A stretch of DNA of 32,000 bases from Thalassolituus maritimus (GTDB lineage: Bacteria; Pseudomonadota; Gammaproteobacteria; Pseudomonadales; Oceanobacteraceae): NCBI RefSeq assembly GCF_040372045.1, contig NZ_BAABWH010000002.1. One strand, 5' to 3'. The position numbers and the translations under genes were made by a program. The notes below the pieces were generated by a model, which saw only the letters and a list, made by a program, of their open reading frames with translations, did not search any database and was not told where the DNA came from. Position 1 is the first letter of the stretch, and the number at the start of each line of letters is the position of its first letter. This document shows, in pieces, positions 9,255 through 18,889 of the stretch.

Positions 9255-11573
9255 ATGTTCCCAAAATACTCTTTTCGTCTGTCTTCCAAACCTTTAGTTC
9301 CACTCACCGTCCTCGCCGCTGCGATTCTGGCCGGAGGCTGTTCTGACAATTCCTCTGGCAGCGACAATGAGACAGATGACAACGGTACAACCACCAGCCT
9401 CTCAGGGAAGGCCGCCGATGGTTATCTGGCAGGTGCTCGCGTTTGTCTGGATCTGAATAACAATGCTGCCTGCGACGATGGTGAACCGACAGCAACCACC
9501 AGCGCCGGTGGCAGTTACTCCCTGGAAGGCGTCACTCAGGAACAGATTGATAACTCACCTCTGGTCGTTGAAATCATCGTTGGTGAGACCATTGATGAGG
9601 ACAACCCCGGCGTCGCAATTGATAAAACCTACACACTGACTGCACCTGCTGGCTCTGCCTTCATCAGCCCACTGACCACCATGGTGCAGAATGAAATCAA
9701 AGAGAACGGCCTCAGCCCCGACCAAGCCAAAGCAAATATCCAGGCACGCCTCGGAACCGACCTCGATCCAACCGATGACTACGTTGCCGGATCTGACGAC
9801 GGCGATAGTGGCGAGGAGTTCCAACGTCTGCACAAAGTAGCGCAGGTCACCCGCGCCGTTATGCAGAAGAATATTGAGTTGGTCGAGACGGTTGTCGAAG
9901 AGTCAGGTGTATCCAAAGAAGATCTGACGGCACTGATCGTTGAACAGGTGCTCGCCGCTCTGGATGACATTCAACAGGCGATTGAAGACGCTGGCGACGG
10001 TTTTGACGCAGACGGTTTGGCAGGGTCAGATGATCTGCAAGGCACCCGCCTTGATCCAAGTAAAGTCGAAGAACAACTGGAAGAACGCCGTGATCGTCGA
10101 GAAGCAACCGCCGCAAATCTTGCAGCACTGCTCACGGATGGCGACGGCCTGAACTTCTTCGAGGCCTTCGAAGAAGATGATGGCCTGATGTTTGGCTACG
10201 GCAACGTGCAGGCGGATGGCGAAGGCGTCATCTCGATTACACAATACGGTTACGACGTTGAAGGTGACAGCTGGGTCGCGATGAGCGAAGAAGGCGATCA
10301 GCGTCAGGATTGCTTCCTCGGTAACGGCGGATGGCAATGTGTCTCAGAGGACGACGAAACAGTCAGCACCGACGGTAACAACGTTCGCATACTGCGTGGC
10401 AACCTGAGCTTTGCCGAAGAGATTATTTCTGGCCAGCAGATCGATCTGACGGATAAGCCACTAGGCGCTTACCTCGACTACCCCTATCAGGCGGTTATTG
10501 ATCCTCGCGCGCGCTTTACCGCAGGCGCACAGGGTTACCTCCTGACCTTTACCCGCACTAACGATGTGTTTGAACTCTACAGAGATAACGTCGAATCCGT
10601 GAATGATTGCTGGGGTGGCGAAGCCATCGAGGGCAATACGTGGGCACCGACCGATACCTGGTGTAACAACGTATTCGTGCACACAGGTGATGGGAACCAT
10701 GAGACGGACGGTGATGCAGCAACCACACTGGCACAGCTGATCAGTGCAACCGCGGCAACTAACCCACAATACCGCGCAGACCTCGGTGGTATCGACCTGT
10801 ACGGCGATCACAGCCAACATATCGTTGAGCTGGTCGAGGGTGGTGTGGCCAATATCTACCGTCTCGAACGCAGCAGCATGGGCGAGTCCGAAGACCTGAT
10901 TCCATTTGGATCAACTGAGTGGCGTATTCAGACGATCGAGACGAAGGAAGTACTGACTATCGATCTGCCCCCCGGTATTGCTGCGCGCGCAGACTATGAC
11001 ATGGGTGCAAAACCGCTTCTTGCTGTGGTCGATGGCTACGTACGAGCAGGCGAAATGATGCCAGCCGGTGGTCGCAGCGATACCCAATGGGTATTCAATG
11101 GAGCAGGACGCGAGCAAATCAAATCAGCATTTGATTACGCGCTGCTGCAGCCTCTAGCTGAGTGCGAAATCGAGGACAATGAAGACTCCACGCTTAGCGA
11201 CTTCGCCAATTACGCGAGCGGCTGCAGCACAGTCGACTTTGGCGATGGCGATGTCGCCGGTAAGTCATTCTTCCTTGGCGATGGCGCCTTCAATTTCACA
11301 CAAGACGGTAACGGCCGTTATCAGGGCGAAATTGACGACGGCGACTTTGTATCTCTTGCCTTCACCTGGACCATTAACAACGATGGATACCTCGTACTGA
11401 ACACCCAACACACAAAAGACGGGGTCACTAAGTATCTGAGGATGACGGCAGCAAAAATAGAATCCAACGCTCGTCAGATCAGCCTTATTACCTTCGGGCA
11501 AGACTCAACAGACAGCAGTACGCTGGATGAAAGTACGGGAGAAGTAAGCGGAGAGGTCTGGGACATTCGCTAA
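9255..11573 (+). CDS. Large secreted lipoprotein of unknown function
   Basis: Signal peptide and lipobox PLTVLAAAILAGGC, then KAADGYLAGARVCLDLNNNAACDDGEPTATTSAGGSYSLEG (carboxypeptidase-regulatory/SdrD-like N-terminal module), then a long region of unknown family. Start at MFPKYSFRLSSK; the track start at 9138 is upstream. Confidence 0.75.
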   Translation: MFPKYSFRLSSKPLVPLTVLAAAILAGGCSDNSSGSDNETDDNGTTTSLSGKAADGYLAGARVCLDLNNNAACDDGEPTATTSAGGSYSLEGVTQEQIDNSPLVVEIIVGETIDEDNPGVAIDKTYTLTAPAGSAFISPLTTMVQNEIKENGLSPDQAKANIQARLGTDLDPTDDYVAGSDDGDSGEEFQRLHKVAQVTRAVMQKNIELVETVVEESGVSKEDLTALIVEQVLAALDDIQQAIEDAGDGFDADGLAGSDDLQGTRLDPSKVEEQLEERRDRREATAANLAALLTDGDGLNFFEAFEEDDGLMFGYGNVQADGEGVISITQYGYDVEGDSWVAMSEEGDQRQDCFLGNGGWQCVSEDDETVSTDGNNVRILRGNLSFAEEIISGQQIDLTDKPLGAYLDYPYQAVIDPRARFTAGAQGYLLTFTRTNDVFELYRDNVESVNDCWGGEAIEGNTWAPTDTWCNNVFVHTGDGNHETDGDAATTLAQLISATAATNPQYRADLGGIDLYGDHSQHIVELVEGGVANIYRLERSSMGESEDLIPFGSTEWRIQTIETKEVLTIDLPPGIAARADYDMGAKPLLAVVDGYVRAGEMMPAGGRSDTQWVFNGAGREQIKSAFDYALLQPLAECEIEDNEDSTLSDFANYASGCSTVDFGDGDVAGKSFFLGDGAFNFTQDGNGRYQGEIDDGDFVSLAFTWTINNDGYLVLNTQHTKDGVTKYLRMTAAKIESNARQISLITFGQDSTDSSTLDESTGEVSGEVWDIR

Positions 11574-11587
11574 CCCCCGCTAACGAG

Positions 11588-11614
11588 AAAAGCCCTGCGA
11601 TGCAGGGCTTTTTT
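11588..11614 (+). terminator. Rho-independent terminator
   Basis: AAAAGCCCTGC-GAT-GCAGGGCTTTTTT just after the stop at 11573. Confidence 0.9.
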
Positions 11615-11632
11615 ATTGCCGGAATGCAGTAA

Positions 11633-13651
11633 TCAGAACAGGTTCATCAGACTGTCGAGGGTATCCTGACCGCGCTTTTTAGATTCTTCGGCGGACGTCT
11701 CCGATTTCCCTTCCCACTCGATATCATCGGCAGGTAGCTCATCCAGAAAACGTGAATGAGTCGTGTCGACCGCTTCGCCATATTGGCGTCGTTTGCCAGC
11801 GTACGTCAGCGTCAGTGTGCGCTTCGCTCGGGTGATACCCACGTACATAAGGCGACGTTCTTCTTCGATGGTGTCGGCCTCAATACTGTTGCGATGCGGC
11901 ATCAACTCTTCTTCCATCCCCATGATGTAAACATGCGGGAATTCCAGACCCTTTGACGCATGCAGTGTCATCAACTGCACCTGATCGTTTTCGTCCTCTT
12001 CGCTCTGCTGCTCTAGCATGTCGCGCAGAATCAGCTTACCGACTGCGTCTTCAATCGTGCACTCGTCGCCCAGCTCGTCCGCTTTATCGATCATTTTCTG
12101 AATCTGATCCACCAGGAAGTAGACGTTCTTCATACGCCGCTCTGCCTGATGTGGCGTGCCCGAGTTCTGGTGCAGATAACCTTCGTAATCGATGTCGTCG
12201 ATCATCTCTTTGATGGCCGCAACAGGGTCATCTGTGTAGGCGTTGCGGGTGATACGCTCCAGCCAGTTACCAAAACGACGTAGGCGATCCAATGCTTTCG
12301 GCATCAGAACCTGCTCAAGCCCCATTTCGGTGGTGGCCGCAATCATGCTGATATTACGCATCGCAGCGTATTCGCTGAGCTTCTCAATGGTACTCGGACC
12401 AATTTCACGACGTGGCGTGTTCACAACTCGCAAGAACGCGGCGTCATCCGTCGGGTTAATCAGCAGGCGCAGGTACGCCATGATGTCTTTAATTTCATTG
12501 CGCCCAAAGAACGACTGACCACCACTCAGCTTGCAAGGCACCTGATAAGCCTGAAGCTTCATTTCGATCATGCGCGACTGGTGATTACCACGATACAGTA
12601 CGGCAAAGTCACGATAGGTGCCGCCGTAGCGCAGACGTCGCTCGACAATCTCGGTGGCGATACGCTCCGATTCCACTTCGTCGTTTTTGCATTTCAGGAT
12701 TTTGATCGGATCGCCGTAACCCTGATCCGACCAGAGTTTCTTTTCAAACTCGTGCGGATTGTTATCAATCACGATATTCGCCGCATTCAGGATCAGACCT
12801 GTAGAGCGGTAATTCTGCTCGAGCTTGATCAGTTTCAGCGACGGGAAATCTTTCTTAAGAAGCGACAGGTTTTCCGGCCGCGCGCCACGCCATGCGTAGA
12901 TGGACTGGTCGTCGTCGCCAACCACGGTCAGGCCGTTGCGATGCCCGACCAACAGTTTCACCAGTTCGTACTGGGAGGTATTGGTGTCCTGATACTCGTC
13001 CACCAGCAAGTAGCGAATCTTCTTCTGCCAACGCGCTAAGACCTCGGGATGATCACGGAATAACAGAGTCGGCGCCATAATGAGATCGTCGAAGTCGACC
13101 GCGTTATAGGCTTTCAACATGCGCTGATACACGCTGTAGGTTTGCGCAATCAAGACTTCCTGCGGACTGGCAGCCTTGTTAATGGCCTGCTCTGGGGTAA
13201 TCAGGTCATTTTTCAGATTGGATATTTCGCTCTGAACCATATCCAGCATATCGCCGTCGTCACCGTGCTCCCGATGCATCACGTCGCGGATGATGCCTTT
13301 GCAGTCATCCTGGTCAAGAATAGAGAAACCCGACTTGTATCCTGCCGTAGTCAGTTCCTGACGAATGATACCCAGCCCCAGGTTGTGGAACGTCGACACG
13401 GTAAGTCCACGCGCGCCGCCACGGCCAGTAAGTTGCATCACCCGCTCTTTCATTTCCTTTGCCGCTTTATTGGTAAAGGTTACTGCCGCGATGTGATGCG
13501 ATTTGATGCCACAGGCATCGATCAGATAGGCGATCTTACGGGTAATCACACTGGTCTTGCCTGAACCCGCTCCAGCGAGCACCAGCAATGGGCCATCAAT
13601 GTACTTAGCGGCTTCGCGTTGACGGGGGTTGAGCTGACTTAAATCGACCAC
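11633..13651 (-). CDS. rep: ATP-dependent DNA helicase Rep (SF1 UvrD/Rep family)
   Basis: LNPRQREAAKYIDGPLLVLAGAGSGKTSVITRKIAYLI, HIAAVTFTNKAAKEMKERV, LLVDEYQDTN, VGDDDQSIYAWRGA, LEQNYRS, LMTLHASKGLEFPHVYIMGMEE, YVGITRAKR. Confidence 0.96.
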   Translation of the reverse strand: MVDLSQLNPRQREAAKYIDGPLLVLAGAGSGKTSVITRKIAYLIDACGIKSHHIAAVTFTNKAAKEMKERVMQLTGRGGARGLTVSTFHNLGLGIIRQELTTAGYKSGFSILDQDDCKGIIRDVMHREHGDDGDMLDMVQSEISNLKNDLITPEQAINKAASPQEVLIAQTYSVYQRMLKAYNAVDFDDLIMAPTLLFRDHPEVLARWQKKIRYLLVDEYQDTNTSQYELVKLLVGHRNGLTVVGDDDQSIYAWRGARPENLSLLKKDFPSLKLIKLEQNYRSTGLILNAANIVIDNNPHEFEKKLWSDQGYGDPIKILKCKNDEVESERIATEIVERRLRYGGTYRDFAVLYRGNHQSRMIEMKLQAYQVPCKLSGGQSFFGRNEIKDIMAYLRLLINPTDDAAFLRVVNTPRREIGPSTIEKLSEYAAMRNISMIAATTEMGLEQVLMPKALDRLRRFGNWLERITRNAYTDDPVAAIKEMIDDIDYEGYLHQNSGTPHQAERRMKNVYFLVDQIQKMIDKADELGDECTIEDAVGKLILRDMLEQQSEEDENDQVQLMTLHASKGLEFPHVYIMGMEEELMPHRNSIEADTIEEERRLMYVGITRAKRTLTLTYAGKRRQYGEAVDTTHSRFLDELPADDIEWEGKSETSAEESKKRGQDTLDSLMNLF

Positions 13652-13868
13652 GGACTTACCTCTGAATCAGGCAGCGAATTCTACCAGCAATCCCCCTCAG
13701 GTCGACACTCTCATTGGACGACCGCAAACAAAGTCAGGGATGAATATTTGCTGCCAACCCACCTTTTGCTCGCACTTATTCAGCCAAGGATTCGCGAAAC
13801 CGCGCACCGTCTTCTATATGTCATAGAACGCGAATATTTGGGGTCACCGCTTCAGGAAAAGCCAGATA

Positions 13869-15479
13869 ATGGACAACACCAACACAATGCTATTGGCCTT
13901 GGGTACCGACGCCCCTGTGCCAGAGTTTTTGACAGACTGGCTGCGTCAGGAAGCACCGCACCTGAATCTGAGTTTGCGCAGCGGCATGCTCGACGCCTTT
14001 GTGCCGATTCCGGATGGGCATATGGTGGTGATTACCGTTCCACACGGTGATCCGGCACAGCGCGACCGCGTACAGGAAGTGACCGTACATACCCCAACAC
14101 TGCTGATTGGTTTCTCTGATGAACGCCCCTTCTACCCAGATGCCTGTGTCTGGATTGATGCCGACCATCTCACTCCGCATACGCTCCGGCATGGACTGAG
14201 TGAACTGGAGGCTTGCGTTGCCGGGCAGCTGCGCCCCTTACTTGCCCGTCAGAACTGGATGCTGCAATGCCGCAGCCTGTTGGAACGTACAAAGGACCTG
14301 CACCTGCAGCTTATCAGTTGTCGATGGCGGCCCGCCGCCTCTGGCGATTCCGCCGAGATACGCCTTGATACCCAGCAGTCTTTTGAGCATCAGCTGCGAG
14401 CCTGCGCTCCGGCAGACGCCCTGATCGGCAAGCTACTTGATGATCAGTTTGTGATTGTCAGTCAGGACCAACATCATTTATCGAAAAAATGGCTGAAGTC
14501 ACATGAAGACGACAACAGCTTCCTGTGGACATCTTTTCTGAGTGCTCCGGTCGCTCTGCACTCCTACGATGATCTTGGTGAGGCCCTGCAGCACTGCGTG
14601 CGGGAAATAGAGCGCAGTCGCATGATGTACAGTCGCATCGGTGCCCGCTCGCTCACGCCAGACGAGTCACTGGTGGTAAAAGACCTGATACGGGCACTCA
14701 GAAATCAGGAGTTCTATCTTGAGTTTCAGCCCCAATTCGATAGCCACACAGGCTGTATGGTGGGGGCTGAGGCGCTTCTCAGGTGGTTACACCCGGAGCT
14801 TGGGATTGTGCCTCCCACCGCCTTTATCCGCGACGCTGAAATGGCAGGTCTGATACGCACACTCGGAAATTGGGCATTGCGTGAGACTTTGGCCACCTGG
14901 AAGCTGCTGAGTGATCGGGACATCAGTATCCGCATGGCCGTCAACGTCTCGTTTCCAGAGGTCGCTGATCCAGATTATGCAGATAAAGTTCTGGATCTGT
15001 TGGAGGAGATGGGGGTTCCCGCTGCCAGCCTCGAGCTTGAACTGACCGAAACCGCAATGATGCTGGACGCCAGTGTATCCTTGCACAACCTGAACCGCCT
15101 GAAACTGGCCGGAGTGCATATCGTCCTGGACGACTTTGGTACCGGTTTCTCGTCACTCTCTCACCTGAATGACCTTCCCATTACGGGCATCAAATTAGAC
15201 CGCGCCTTCGTTACGCCGCTGAGTCGTGAAGACGAAGATTCCGCACAGCGCCACATAGTTGCTACCATGCTCGATCTCTCGAAACGCTTAAAACTGGAAA
15301 CAACAGCTGAGGGAATTGAAGATCAGGCCTGCCTGGAAGTCATACATGCGCTTGGCTGCGACCGGATTCAGGGGTATTTCTACGCAGAGCCCATGTCGGT
15401 TAATAGTCTTATTGACCGGGCCTGTGTTCAGGAGACCGTTTTGGTGGACTACGCGTCTGGCCAGCAAAGCCTGTTCTGA
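13869..15479 (+). CDS. EAL-domain (c-di-GMP phosphodiesterase) protein with degenerate GGDEF-like/unknown N-terminal region
   Basis: FYLEFQPQFDSHTGCMVGAEALLRWLHPELGIVPP, ELTETAMM, LDDFGTGFSSLSHLNDLPITGIKLDRAFV, TTAEGIEDQ, GCDRIQGYFYAEPM. No GG[DE]EF signature in the N-terminal ~270 aa. Confidence 0.9.
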   Translation: MDNTNTMLLALGTDAPVPEFLTDWLRQEAPHLNLSLRSGMLDAFVPIPDGHMVVITVPHGDPAQRDRVQEVTVHTPTLLIGFSDERPFYPDACVWIDADHLTPHTLRHGLSELEACVAGQLRPLLARQNWMLQCRSLLERTKDLHLQLISCRWRPAASGDSAEIRLDTQQSFEHQLRACAPADALIGKLLDDQFVIVSQDQHHLSKKWLKSHEDDNSFLWTSFLSAPVALHSYDDLGEALQHCVREIERSRMMYSRIGARSLTPDESLVVKDLIRALRNQEFYLEFQPQFDSHTGCMVGAEALLRWLHPELGIVPPTAFIRDAEMAGLIRTLGNWALRETLATWKLLSDRDISIRMAVNVSFPEVADPDYADKVLDLLEEMGVPAASLELELTETAMMLDASVSLHNLNRLKLAGVHIVLDDFGTGFSSLSHLNDLPITGIKLDRAFVTPLSREDEDSAQRHIVATMLDLSKRLKLETTAEGIEDQACLEVIHALGCDRIQGYFYAEPMSVNSLIDRACVQETVLVDYASGQQSLF

Positions 15480-15510
15480 AACGGATCGCAGGCAATAAAA
15501 CTACGTCTTT

Positions 15511-15657
15511 CTATTTTGTGGTACTGGATGACGGCATGTCTTTCGGGCCAAAGAACGCCTCACCGTCAAATGGGCTTGGGGTATTGACATGGTAGTAAGC
15601 CATCCCACCCACGAAAACCACAATCACCGCTAAAAAGATTACCAACTGCTTATTCAC
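15511..15657 (-). CDS. Putative 48-aa single-pass membrane protein
   Basis: GTG start preceded by AGAAGGAGAG; translation MNKQLVIFLAVIVVFVGGMAYYHVNTPSPFDGEAFFGPKDMPSSSTTK*. One hydrophobic helix. Below the track's length cutoff. Confidence 0.6.
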   Translation of the reverse strand: MNKQLVIFLAVIVVFVGGMAYYHVNTPSPFDGEAFFGPKDMPSSSTTK

Positions 15658-15751
15658 CCTGCTCTCCTTCTGAACAACGTCCTTGTTCAGTCTGGCAGCT
15701 AAGTGCAGTTTCGCAAGGTAACGGCTGGTTGGGCGTCGAATGTAAAAACGG

Positions 15752-15778
15752 AAAAGTGAGGCCTAAGCCTCACTTTTT
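15752..15778. terminator. Rho-independent (probably bidirectional) terminator downstream of the DUF4397 gene
   Basis: AAAAGTGAGGC-CTAA-GCCTCACTTTTT; perfect 11-bp stem. Confidence 0.85.
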
Positions 15779-15819
15779 ACTGATTCACTCTTTATTGATT
15801 TACTTAGCCGTCACCGGCA

Positions 15820-17148
15820 TCACCGACGCTGATCAGTCAGCTTAATCGCCTCAGGACCGCTTTTGCCCACGACCACAATGGTATGCAAATCACCCGCCGC
15901 GACAGCGGTCGCATCAAGGCCCGTGACCAGATCTGGAGTCGTGGTCCCCGTTGCTGTCATATCAATCTCGTAAGTCTCTGGCGCACGCTCGATATAATCC
16001 GTGTCATCCCCTTGGGAGAAACCCTGGAAGGTAAAATCCTCTTCTGCGCTCGGATTTTCAATGTCTTCGTAGGCCCCTGTGTAAATCAGTACCTGAGCGT
16101 TCGCCGCATTCGTGTCTGTCGAGGCATGGATCAGACGAACGTATCCAAGTTCTGCGTCTTCCGCTACTCGCTGATCCGTCACAAATATCAATCGCGCATT
16201 GTCGGTATCATCCGAACTGCCGCTCGCCACCACAGTATAAGATTCGCCACGCTCCAGATTGAGGGCACTGGACGCGAGGGTTGTGTCATCGCTCAGCGCA
16301 ACGTTCGCCGCCGTCACAGAAACAGGCAACGAGCCCGCAGGGACAACCAGATAGCCGGTCTCGTCTTTGTAACTGACGTCCTCAAGGTACAACTCGGCGT
16401 TGGTGTAAATGTCGACATCCTGAGAATCCAGCGCGTGAACGATACGCAGTTCACTGGTGTTGTCGAGTACGGTGGTCGCGGAAGGGCCTGCCCATACCAG
16501 CAGAGACACAGGAGAACGGCCTTTTTCACTGTTAACCGCAACAATTAGTGCGTCTTCAGCGACATTTACTGATCCTGAATCGTAGATGACATCGGTTGAT
16601 CCATCGGCGGTCAGGCGTACCTGATAGTTGCCTTCGGCAACATCATTAAGGACCTGATCGTTCAGATAGCTCAGTGCATCCACGGATGCAGACGCACCCA
16701 GTTCGGCGTCGACGTCCGTCACATAAACATCCACATTAACCGATGAAGCACCCGGCGCGGCATGCAACACACGCACATCAACATCGTTGTCAGTCACAGT
16801 GTCTGTTTCTTCGATAATGGCAATATCGAGCGAGGCAACTTCATTTACCGCAACCGCAGCATAATAAGTGTCAGAGCTCAGACTCTCCGCCAGCGAGGCT
16901 GCTACCGTGTCGGTGCCTGCTACACGCAGTTCAATATTGGCATTGCCATCTGACACCTTCATGTAGCCGGTGCCATCCTGATATGCCACGTCACTCAATT
17001 GCAGTTCACCGTTTACGTAAACATCCACTGCTGGGGCATCAGGGGAGGCATGCAGGATTCGCACGTACGCGTCACTGTCATCATCGGCACCGCACGCAAC
17101 AAGGCCAGCAATACTGGCAGCCAACGTCAGTTTTTTGAGCAGGCTCAT
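15820..17148 (-). CDS. DUF4397-containing lipoprotein with about four tandem repeat modules
   Basis: Lipoprotein signal MSLLKKLTLAASIAGLVAC. Repeated module starts: YVRILHASPDAPAVDVYVNG, DVRVLHAAPGASSVNVDVYV, ELRIVHALDSQDVDIYTNA, YVRLIHASTDTNAANAQVLIY. Start trimmed from the track start at 17187. Confidence 0.88.
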   Translation of the reverse strand: MSLLKKLTLAASIAGLVACGADDDSDAYVRILHASPDAPAVDVYVNGELQLSDVAYQDGTGYMKVSDGNANIELRVAGTDTVAASLAESLSSDTYYAAVAVNEVASLDIAIIEETDTVTDNDVDVRVLHAAPGASSVNVDVYVTDVDAELGASASVDALSYLNDQVLNDVAEGNYQVRLTADGSTDVIYDSGSVNVAEDALIVAVNSEKGRSPVSLLVWAGPSATTVLDNTSELRIVHALDSQDVDIYTNAELYLEDVSYKDETGYLVVPAGSLPVSVTAANVALSDDTTLASSALNLERGESYTVVASGSSDDTDNARLIFVTDQRVAEDAELGYVRLIHASTDTNAANAQVLIYTGAYEDIENPSAEEDFTFQGFSQGDDTDYIERAPETYEIDMTATGTTTPDLVTGLDATAVAAGDLHTIVVVGKSGPEAIKLTDQRR

Positions 17149-17205
17149 AGAGTTCTCCGGATAATTATTATTCTTCAACCCCAGCACTATACCAAACTCA
17201 ATGCA

Positions 17206-18720
17206 TCAGGCCATCCGATACCTGTCGAGAGCCCGAAAACCAATGGCTTCCATTAAGTGCGATCGTTCAATGCGTTCAGCGGCGGCCAGATCTGCGACTG
17301 TCCGCGCAATCGTCAGTAAACGATGGTAGGACCGGGCGGAGAGATTCAGTCGCGCAATCGTGTCCAGCAGCCACGCCTGATCAGACTCACGTAGTTGGCA
17401 CACATCATCACGCTGCTGCCCGGTTAAACGAGCATTGGCGCAGCCCTGCCTGGCCAGCTGGCGCTGCCGGGCAGCAACCACACGCTCGCGCACTGTCTCG
17501 CTGTTTTCCGAGGGCGGCGCCTGTTGCAGTAGTTGCGGTGAGACAGGAGGGACATCCACATGCAGATCGATCCGGTCCAGCAAGGGCCCAGATGTCTGTC
17601 CCTGATAACGACGAATCTGATCCGGTGTGCATTGGCAGCGCCCGGATGGGTCCCCGTAGTAGCCACAGGGGCAGGGGTTCATAGCAGCGATTAACTGAAA
17701 CCGTGCCGGGTACGTCACCGACCGGTTGGCCCGGCTGATCACAATCTCTCCGCTCTCAAGAGGTTCACGCAATACATCCAGCACCTTGCGACTGTATTCC
17801 GGTAACTCGTCAAGAAACAGCACGCCACCATGGGCAAGGGAGATCTCTCCCGGCTTTGGATTTCCACCACCCCCAACCAATGCCACACCGGAGGACGTAT
17901 GATGCGGCGCCCGGAAGGGGCGGTGTCCCCAACGGCTCTGCCAATCTCCGCTGTGATGACTGATCGAAGCAACCGACGCTGCGACCAGAGCTTCGTCATT
18001 ATTCATTGGCGGTAAGATACCGGGTAAGCGCGACGCCAGCATGGTCTTTCCGGTACCGGGCGGCCCGATGAAAAGTAGATTGTGTTGTCCGGCTGCTGAT
18101 ATCTCGAGTGCCCGGCGCGCACCCGCCTGCCCTTTGACATCAGCAAGATTATTCGCAGAACTGACCTGCCTAGGGGGAGCGTCCTCTGCGATAACAGCAT
18201 CCAATTGCTGGTTGCCGTGCAACCAAGCACACACTTGCGACAAAGAAGCCGCCTGAAGAATATTCCCTTCCTGACACAGTGCCGCCTCTGCAGCGTTCCC
18301 CTCGGGAACAACAAGAGTTTTACCAGCATGAGCCGCCCGTAACGCGGTTGGCAAAATACCCGACACCGGTCGCAACTCACCCGACAGCGTCAACTCGCCC
18401 ACAAACTCGAGGTCGCTCAACCTGTCTTTGGGAATTTGCTCAGACGACGCGAGGATACCGAGCGCAATCGCCAGATCGTAGCGACCACCCTCCTTGGGCA
18501 AATCCGCTGGAGCAAGGTTGATAGTGATCCGCTTCGCCGGAAACTCATAATGACTGTTAAGGATGGCGCTACGGACACGATCTTTCGACTCTTTCACCGC
18601 GGTCTCTGGCAAGCCAACCAGACTTAATGAGGGCAGGCCTCCGGACAGATGCACTTCAACCTGAACCAACGGAGATTCGATACCAACCTGAGCACGGGTG
18701 TAAACTGTAGAGAGTGACAT
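17206..18720 (-). CDS. comM: YifB/ComM family Mg-chelatase-like AAA+ ATPase
   Basis: MSLSTVYTRAQVGIESPLVQVEVHLSGGLPSLSLVGLPETAVKESKDRVRSAI, Walker A GPPGTGKTMLA, FRAPHHTSS, HGGVLFLDELPEY, MNPCPCGY. Confidence 0.95.
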   Translation of the reverse strand: MSLSTVYTRAQVGIESPLVQVEVHLSGGLPSLSLVGLPETAVKESKDRVRSAILNSHYEFPAKRITINLAPADLPKEGGRYDLAIALGILASSEQIPKDRLSDLEFVGELTLSGELRPVSGILPTALRAAHAGKTLVVPEGNAAEAALCQEGNILQAASLSQVCAWLHGNQQLDAVIAEDAPPRQVSSANNLADVKGQAGARRALEISAAGQHNLLFIGPPGTGKTMLASRLPGILPPMNNDEALVAASVASISHHSGDWQSRWGHRPFRAPHHTSSGVALVGGGGNPKPGEISLAHGGVLFLDELPEYSRKVLDVLREPLESGEIVISRANRSVTYPARFQLIAAMNPCPCGYYGDPSGRCQCTPDQIRRYQGQTSGPLLDRIDLHVDVPPVSPQLLQQAPPSENSETVRERVVAARQRQLARQGCANARLTGQQRDDVCQLRESDQAWLLDTIARLNLSARSYHRLLTIARTVADLAAAERIERSHLMEAIGFRALDRYRMA

Positions 18721-18889
18721 CTGGCCTCCTTGCCTGAATATCTGGCTAGACTATAGGAGACGCTCTTGGTGAACCATACGAAGAAAGGCTGACACCTTGT
18801 GGGCCACTCACGTATGCTCTGCATCCAGTGGAAGGTTTCTTCCGTATTTAAGAAGTCACATCGGATGAATACATAGAGCAGGAGCTACC

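Noticed and set aside
12581-13564. Two plus-strand ORFs (152 aa and 140 aa) opposite rep
   Set aside because: Both lie antisense to the conserved helicase motifs of rep.
15752-15778. Considered as a CRISPR-like or small-RNA hairpin
   Set aside because: Single perfect hairpin with flanking A/T tracts positioned after a gene end; a terminator explains it fully.
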